This document shows, in pieces, positions 58,659 through 64,000 of a DNA stretch of 64,000 bases. This DNA is from a virus (taxonomy: Duplodnaviria > Caudoviricetes), in IMG/VR virus record IMGVR_UViG_3300029288_000002, positions 32,001-96,000 of that record. The stretch is one strand, 5' to 3'. Position 1 is the stretch's first letter; each line of letters opens with the position of its first letter. Made by a program: the position numbers and the translations under genes. Below the pieces are notes generated by a model. The model saw only the letters and a program-made list of their open reading frames with translations, had not been told where the DNA came from and did no database searches.

Positions 58659-58775
58659 ACGGTTGATTTTAGTAACGAAATTGCAACCAAAAGTACTTGC
58701 ATGAGGGTTATGATTGTGGTAGAACAATAATCAGTAAGGTAAACGCTTTACAATATTTTGAAAAGGAGATTTGGG

Positions 58776-58988
58776 ATGAAAGTTATTCTTGGTTGTTTGG
58801 GTTTAACGGCAGTAGCTCTAATTGTTTCCGCAGCAGAAGGCTGGATTGTAATGGTATTGTGGAATTGGATTATGCCTTATTTATTTAAATTACCAGAAAT
58901 AAATTTTTGGATGGCTTTGGGTTTGTTGTTTTTGGTTTCAATGTTGTTTGGTGCTTTGCGCGGAAATAATTCTTCTAACTCAAAATAA
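58776..58988 (+). CDS. Small membrane protein
   Basis: 'LWNWIMP.LF.LPEI.FW.ALGL' membrane-protein pattern. Confidence 0.75.
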   Translation: MKVILGCLGLTAVALIVSAAEGWIVMVLWNWIMPYLFKLPEINFWMALGLLFLVSMLFGALRGNNSSNSK

Positions 58989-59364
58989 TCTGTTTGTAAA
59001 ACTCGCTTGAAATATAGCGAGTTTTGTTATTATACTGTAACTTTATTACTCTTGCATGTTTAAAACAATATGGTATAATACTACTAAGATTAGAAATAAG
59101 GAGATATAGAAACTGGAAATTTCTCGTGGACAGTTATTTGAATGGCATTGCACTATAATGTCTTTAAAAGGGTTATCTTTTATGTCAGATTACTCTAATG
59201 ACATTCTTCCATCTACGGCAGAGTATGTGCTAAAATCGTTAGAAGAAATGTATGACGAAATTGAAAATGTTTCAGATGAAATGATTGTGTTATTGAAAGA
59301 AGATAAAGCAAAATAATTATTGCATAAAAACTTAGTTCGATAAACAAAAAAAAGGAGAATTATA

Positions 59365-59661
59365 ATGCTTGATAGTGAGATGAAAGGCTCTATTCTAATA
59401 AATTCATACCTTGTGTTTGAATGTGATAACAAGTACGAATTAGTATTACAATTTAGGAAGAACAAGTTTTTATCCTTCTTTGGTTACTTTTGGGAAAATA
59501 GTATTCGTGGTATTTCTATGACTAAAGATGAGTGTAACACCTTCGCAAATACTATTAAAGAATTTGAAGGACAAAAAATAACAATGGTTATTAATAATAA
59601 CAGACAAAATGTTTGTTTTCTTTTTTCTAATGGGAAAACAATCACTTTAAATTCTAACTGA
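59365..59661 (+). CDS. Hypothetical protein
   Basis: AGGAG RBS. Confidence 0.65.
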   Translation: MLDSEMKGSILINSYLVFECDNKYELVLQFRKNKFLSFFGYFWENSIRGISMTKDECNTFANTIKEFEGQKITMVINNNRQNVCFLFSNGKTITLNSN

Positions 59662-59769
59662 CTCCCCTGCCCTACTGAATAACAACAAGTTTAAATTTCA
59701 GCAGAATCGTCTACTATTCTCACATACATATGCGAATAGATAAACTTAGTCTTATTTAAAGGAAACCTC

Positions 59770-60096
59770 ATGACATTTTTTGACAATTATATAATAATCT
59801 TTTGGTCTAAAATATCCAAAGAAAAGGAGTTACCGGAATATATTGGCGAATATAATGGAGTTGTTGTTGGCAATGTATTTTTACAGTCTATAGAAAAGAC
59901 TAAAGTCAACAAGAAGATTCAGGCGAAGGAAAATTGGGTATGGGTATATCATTCGCCTAATAGTATGTATTCTTTGTCTAAAGGCTTCCTGTGTGTCTAC
60001 AGAGGCATTAAAGATAAGTATATTGATACCTCTATACAAGCAAAAAATATCGTTCAAAGCATGTTAGAACGAGAATTGGGTACTAAAAAGGCTTGA
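59770..60096 (+). CDS. Hypothetical protein
   Basis: AAGGA RBS. Confidence 0.65.
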   Translation: MTFFDNYIIIFWSKISKEKELPEYIGEYNGVVVGNVFLQSIEKTKVNKKIQAKENWVWVYHSPNSMYSLSKGFLCVYRGIKDKYIDTSIQAKNIVQSMLERELGTKKA

Positions 60097-60150
60097 CAAA
60101 CAAGAATAGTATGGTAGAATAGACTTACATTCGCCAAATAAAGGAGTAAA

Positions 60151-60402
60151 ATGACTACGTTTTTGTATTTTCCAGACGAAGAAAGCAATACTGTTACAGT
60201 AGAAAGTAACGATTTCTTAGAAGACCAAAACCTACCACATTTCATACAATATGTTGAAGGCGGAGATGTTATAATCATGTCTTCAAAACCTCCAACAGAA
60301 GGAGATGTTGAAACCTTATTTGATATAATTCGTTCTTTTATAAATGTCATTAAACGAGAAGCCAATAAACAACCACATCAGAAAAGCAAATATTTACAAT
60401 AA
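60151..60402 (+). CDS. Hypothetical protein
   Basis: TTGACA-16-TAGAAT promoter, AAGGAG. Confidence 0.7.
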   Translation: MTTFLYFPDEESNTVTVESNDFLEDQNLPHFIQYVEGGDVIIMSSKPPTEGDVETLFDIIRSFINVIKREANKQPHQKSKYLQ

Positions 60403-60594
60403 AAGCGAAAGGAATAATCATGAACTACAAAGATAATTTATTTAGAATAGACTGGTTGTTTCTTGCTTTTTATATCGGGCGAATCTGCGAGTTTAGGGTT
60501 TTCAACTCCTGTTATAGTTGTAGAAGCAATTTGCTTTACTGTATCAATATTGCTATTTGTTTTAGTTAATTATTTTATTTTTAAGGAGAATTAA

Positions 60595-60963
60595 ATGACC
60601 GGTAATACTATTGGAACTATGGAAGTATTGTGGACAAGTTTAGATGATGGCGGGCGTTGGATTGATTATTTTAAGTTTTCAGAAGAAATTGGTGAAAAGT
60701 TAGTAGGAAGTTTACCAAAGACAGAAGAGGAAGAACGGTATGACTCTACAATTTCGTCTTTGAATACGTGTACTCCTCGCTGGCTATTGGATGAACCTCC
60801 TGTTATTGATAATAGGGAATGGGATATTGTAAAGCGAGTTGAAGTTGTAGAAGAGCATATCGAAGATAAAATTTCATTGCCTGATTTTGTACAATTGTGC
60901 TATGAAGATGGAATTAGCGATACTGTAGAAATTATAGAAAAGTATAAAGGATTCTTCGGGTAA
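60595..60963 (+). CDS. Hypothetical acidic protein
   Basis: AAGGAG RBS. Confidence 0.7.
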   Translation: MTGNTIGTMEVLWTSLDDGGRWIDYFKFSEEIGEKLVGSLPKTEEEERYDSTISSLNTCTPRWLLDEPPVIDNREWDIVKRVEVVEEHIEDKISLPDFVQLCYEDGISDTVEIIEKYKGFFG

Positions 60964-60969
60964 AATAAA

Positions 60970-61686
60970 ATGAAAACTGAAAATAAAACAGACTGGATTG
61001 CTACTATGATTACATTTTTTGTAGTTGTAGTTGCTATACCTCGATGGGTGGGCGCGTTGATGGCTGCAGAAGGGTTTATTATTCCTACAAATTGGATGGG
61101 TTGGTGGATTCCAATGTCAGCGATTATGGCAGCAGGAATGGCTGTAGTTGAAGCAGCAAGTTTCGGCTATGTTTTTCACGCATGGAAAACACAAAAGGAT
61201 AAAAAGATTGCTCGAAATTTGCTAATTCTAACTATTTTCTCAGCATTGGTTTTTATTTTAGTCATTACACCATATATTGCGTCACAAGTTAAGCATACAA
61301 CAATAGATATAGTTTTACAAAATGACTTTTTTGTATTTGCCTGGGCAGCTTGTACTTCCGCAAGTACTATTACAATTGTGGCAAGCGTAGGATATGCACA
61401 ACGACCAGTGTCAAACATTGTAATGCAACCTGTAAAACCTTCTACACAAGCGGCAGCACCAGTAGATCAAACAGTTGCACCAGTGGTTGAAGCGATTGTA
61501 CAGCCAAAGAAAATTAAGCCTCCTCGTACAAACCCAACCAAAACGATGGTGTGCGAGTTATTTACAGCAAATACAAGCCTCAGTACAGCTAATTGCGCAA
61601 AACAATTAGGAAAAACAGTAGAAATCGTAAGACAATATCGGAACGAATTGATCGCAGAAGGAAAATTGCCTAAAAAGCAAGGTTAG
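60970..61686 (+). CDS. Multi-pass membrane protein with C-terminal helix-turn-helix
   Basis: About four hydrophobic segments, Pro/Gln linker, 'STANCAKQLGKTVEIVRQYRNELIAEG'. Confidence 0.7.
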   Translation: MKTENKTDWIATMITFFVVVVAIPRWVGALMAAEGFIIPTNWMGWWIPMSAIMAAGMAVVEAASFGYVFHAWKTQKDKKIARNLLILTIFSALVFILVITPYIASQVKHTTIDIVLQNDFFVFAWAACTSASTITIVASVGYAQRPVSNIVMQPVKPSTQAAAPVDQTVAPVVEAIVQPKKIKPPRTNPTKTMVCELFTANTSLSTANCAKQLGKTVEIVRQYRNELIAEGKLPKKQG

Positions 61687-61898
61687 TACTTGACAAATAT
61701 CTCTTATTGATGTAAAATAAAAGCATCAGTAAGAGATATTTTAGTAAAGGAGTTTTTCTTTATTGACAAGTGCCATTTTGATTTTGCAAGGGGCAAAACT
61801 TTAAGAGAAGCAAATGCAGTAATAGAAGAGCGACGTAGAACTATTTATAATCTGTAAATTTTATTGTAAAGAATGCGATAAAGGAGAGTTATAAGACT

Positions 61899-62360
61899 AT
61901 GAAAAAATTAGAAGAAAGTGAGATTTTAATGTTTGAAAACTTAAAACAATGTTCTATGAATTTATTTGGACATATTAGTTATCAAACATTGGCGTTTTGT
62001 AATATGGAAATATTTTTTGGGAATGTTGATAGTGAATGGTATAAATCCGAAGAATATGTGGCACGCAGATACATGCGATGGCAAAGTAATATTAGTCCCA
62101 AAGATAAATTTATCAATCGTTTTTTAGATTATACGTTCTTGCACGAAAATGATCTGCAATGGAAGGATTGCATTGAAATGAGTAAAAAATATCGCAAGGA
62201 GCTACTTGAATACAGAGAAAAATCAAAAAAAGAGATTAGGGTTATAACCTTTGAAGAATTAGAAAAAGACGAAATTCTCAAGGAGATAGTTGAAAATAAT
62301 CCTTATTATGATAAAACTGAAAAGGGATATATTCAAAATGACAAATTTCACAGACAGTAG
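61899..62360 (+). CDS. Nuclease-partner protein (module copy 3)
   Basis: 'SMNLFGH..YQTL..RRYMRWQS..PK..YTFLHENDLQWKDC..ITFEELE.DE..KE..ENN..Y.K.E.GYI'. Confidence 0.75.
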   Translation: MKKLEESEILMFENLKQCSMNLFGHISYQTLAFCNMEIFFGNVDSEWYKSEEYVARRYMRWQSNISPKDKFINRFLDYTFLHENDLQWKDCIEMSKKYRKELLEYREKSKKEIRVITFEELEKDEILKEIVENNPYYDKTEKGYIQNDKFHRQ

Positions 62361-62441
62361 AACTATAATACAAAAGTATATCAAATCAATCTTTCCTCAA
62401 AAATGTTAGAGCCATTATATGCTGGGAATTATCGTTATTAG
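62338..62441 (+). pseudogene. Decayed 5' remnant of the module nuclease
   Basis: MTNFTDSRTIIQKYIKSIFPQK, frameshift, then ..YAGNY; compare 'FLSRLFPKKGYSFVAGNH' of 20890-21471. Confidence 0.45.
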
Positions 62442-62542
62442 GTTGCAGTAATTGTTATATATTATGGGCGTTTTACAATTATCTTGCAACTTGACATTAT
62501 CCAATAAATGATTGTATAATATTAACAAAGGAGAAAGCCACA

Positions 62543-62812
62543 ATGTTTAATTTTCGAGATAAGGTTAGAGTTGTTGTCCCGTTAGAACCCTGGACTTTAG
62601 AAAGATTTGGTAATCAATATATGATTGAAGAGCGAACTAAAATTGGCTACATCATAGGGATTCAATATTTACCAAAAAATACTTCTTCGTTTAATAGCCT
62701 TGAAGATTTTGTTTTTGACAAAGACCAACCGGTTAATTACTTAGTTATATCTACAGACTCTTGTAGTTGGTTTAACGAAGATCAATTGGAAAAAGCAGAA
62801 AATGAAAATTAA
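62543..62812 (+). CDS. Hypothetical protein (SH3/KOW-like pattern)
   Basis: 'FNFRDKVRVV..WFNEDQLE'. Confidence 0.7.
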   Translation: MFNFRDKVRVVVPLEPWTLERFGNQYMIEERTKIGYIIGIQYLPKNTSSFNSLEDFVFDKDQPVNYLVISTDSCSWFNEDQLEKAENEN

Positions 62813-62838
62813 TATTTTAGCAACAAAAGGAAATAACT

Positions 62839-63027
62839 ATGAAAACTTTTAAAGTGACAGATAATCATTGGAGAATGAGGTATAGTTGGGAAGAAATTTA
62901 TATATTGCAAGCAGAAACAAAAGAAGACTGTTTGCAAATTGCAATGGGTAATGGTTTGTGGGATGAAATCCTCGTTGAAGAAATTGACATTTCAAAGCCG
63001 TATTTAGTAGTAGACACAAGCGATTAA
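62839..63027 (+). CDS. Hypothetical protein
   Basis: AAGGA RBS. Confidence 0.7.
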   Translation: MKTFKVTDNHWRMRYSWEEIYILQAETKEDCLQIAMGNGLWDEILVEEIDISKPYLVVDTSD

Positions 63028-63036
63028 AGGGGAAGT

Positions 63037-63372
63037 ATGGCAACAAAACCAGAACCTAATTCTATATTATATCAGGTTTGTTTTCCACAAACCATATTGT
63101 TGTTAAATTCAAAGTTTGAAGATGACACCAGGCGCGATATTGCAGTAAAAGAATATGGCACAGCATTAGAACTCATGGAGAAATATGACGCGGCTTTTAT
63201 TGCGGAAGTGATTGTATTTGATAACGGCAAAATGTATATAGATTGTATTTATCCAAAGGATGACGACATGGTTACTTTGGGCATTGATGCAATTGAGGCT
63301 ATTTGGGAACAAAAAACTCCTGTAGAAATGGACATTGTTGTATACGATAGTCTTAATGAGTTAATTTGGTAA
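63037..63372 (+). CDS. Hypothetical protein
   Basis: Operon member. Confidence 0.7.
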   Translation: MATKPEPNSILYQVCFPQTILLLNSKFEDDTRRDIAVKEYGTALELMEKYDAAFIAEVIVFDNGKMYIDCIYPKDDDMVTLGIDAIEAIWEQKTPVEMDIVVYDSLNELIW

Positions 63373-63377
63373 ACCTT

Positions 63378-63620
63378 ATGAAAACAAATATACCACTGAG
63401 GGAATTATATAACCTAATGAACGAATTAGAATATCTCTTAAAGACACTACAAGCCCTTCCAATCAATGCTACATTGACAACAGAGCAATTATGCTTGTGG
63501 CAATATAAAGGGCTTTCTGAGGATTTACAATGGCATAGTTTTCTGTGTCCACATCACCCTATTACTAATCGGCGTGAAACAGTAAAAATTCCAACAAAGA
63601 AGGAAAACTGCAATGGGTAA
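63378..63620 (+). CDS. Hypothetical protein
   Basis: Operon member. Confidence 0.55.
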   Translation: MKTNIPLRELYNLMNELEYLLKTLQALPINATLTTEQLCLWQYKGLSEDLQWHSFLCPHHPITNRRETVKIPTKKENCNG

Positions 63621-63822
63621 AAATTTACAAGCTCCCTGGTTTACACTTGAAGAATTGATTAATAATTATCCTCCCGATTATGGAGTATCTATTGTTTTAG
63701 CCATAGAAATGTTGGTATCGCAGGGCATAGTTGAAGAGCAAAACGGATTCTATAGAGTGAAAGTCACAGAAGAAGAAATGCTACGACTAATGGGGTATTC
63801 GTTTATAGGAAATCCAAACTAA
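63613..63822 (+). CDS. Hypothetical protein
   Basis: AAGGA RBS. Confidence 0.65.
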   Translation: MGKNLQAPWFTLEELINNYPPDYGVSIVLAIEMLVSQGIVEEQNGFYRVKVTEEEMLRLMGYSFIGNPN

Positions 63823-63888
63823 AACTGCCACTTGACAAGCAAAAGAAACTGTGCTAAAATTATACTATAAGAAACAAAGGAGAGTAAT

Positions 63889-64000
63889 ATGTGGAAAGTT
63901 CAATGTAAGCACAATTGCGAACAATTCTCCACACCCAATTGCAAAAATGAAAGGGCTGACGAATGGTGTGACTTGGATAATGAGTATTCATCGCAAGAAG
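63889..64000 (+). CDS. Partial Cys-containing protein (runs off window)
   Basis: TTGACA-17-TAAAAT promoter, AAGGAG RBS. Confidence 0.6.
   Translation, partial: MWKVQCKHNCEQFSTPNCKNERADEWCDLDNEYSSQE

Overview
This AT-rich 64-kb window is part of a large tailed-phage genome with SPbeta/c-st-like gene order. The left arm (1-27185, minus strand) carries the head and packaging module: major capsid, decoration, protease/scaffold, portal, terminase large subunit and putative small subunit. It also carries a GH25 lysin, a ferritin-like gene, a DnaQ-like exonuclease, an HU-like protein, a YonO-type single-subunit RNA polymerase (DSDWDGD), a fused double DNA methyltransferase and two families of short paralogues. 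A short plus-strand island (27281-28685) is followed by an origin-like non-coding stretch (28.7-30.4 kb), an HNH gene, and a largely non-coding 31.3-36.5 kb region that is probably the genome end or first-injected DNA. From about 32.7 kb to the end, all genes are on the plus strand. These are dozens of small ORFs, many in promoter-RBS-ORF-terminator cassettes typical of an early/host-takeover region. They include an AcrIII-1 (DUF1874) ring nuclease, an Ocr-like acidic protein, a macrodomain, a kinase-like protein, a HicA-like protein with a membrane tail and an IS607-derived tnpB. The most unusual signals are non-coding or modular: (i) a dense cluster of palindromes resembling operators of several different host transcription-factor families (possible decoy array); (ii) 11-bp-phased TTGCAA/TTGTAA/TTACAA direct repeats at fixed distances from the -10 of about 12 early promoters; (iii) a dispersed core+10 bp+38 bp element (6-8 copies) resembling strong gyrase sites; (iv) a promoter-bearing two-gene PD-(D/E)XK nuclease module present twice intact and once decayed; and (v) a pseudoknot-rich ncRNA candidate. 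All assignments come from motif reading by eye; no database searches were run.
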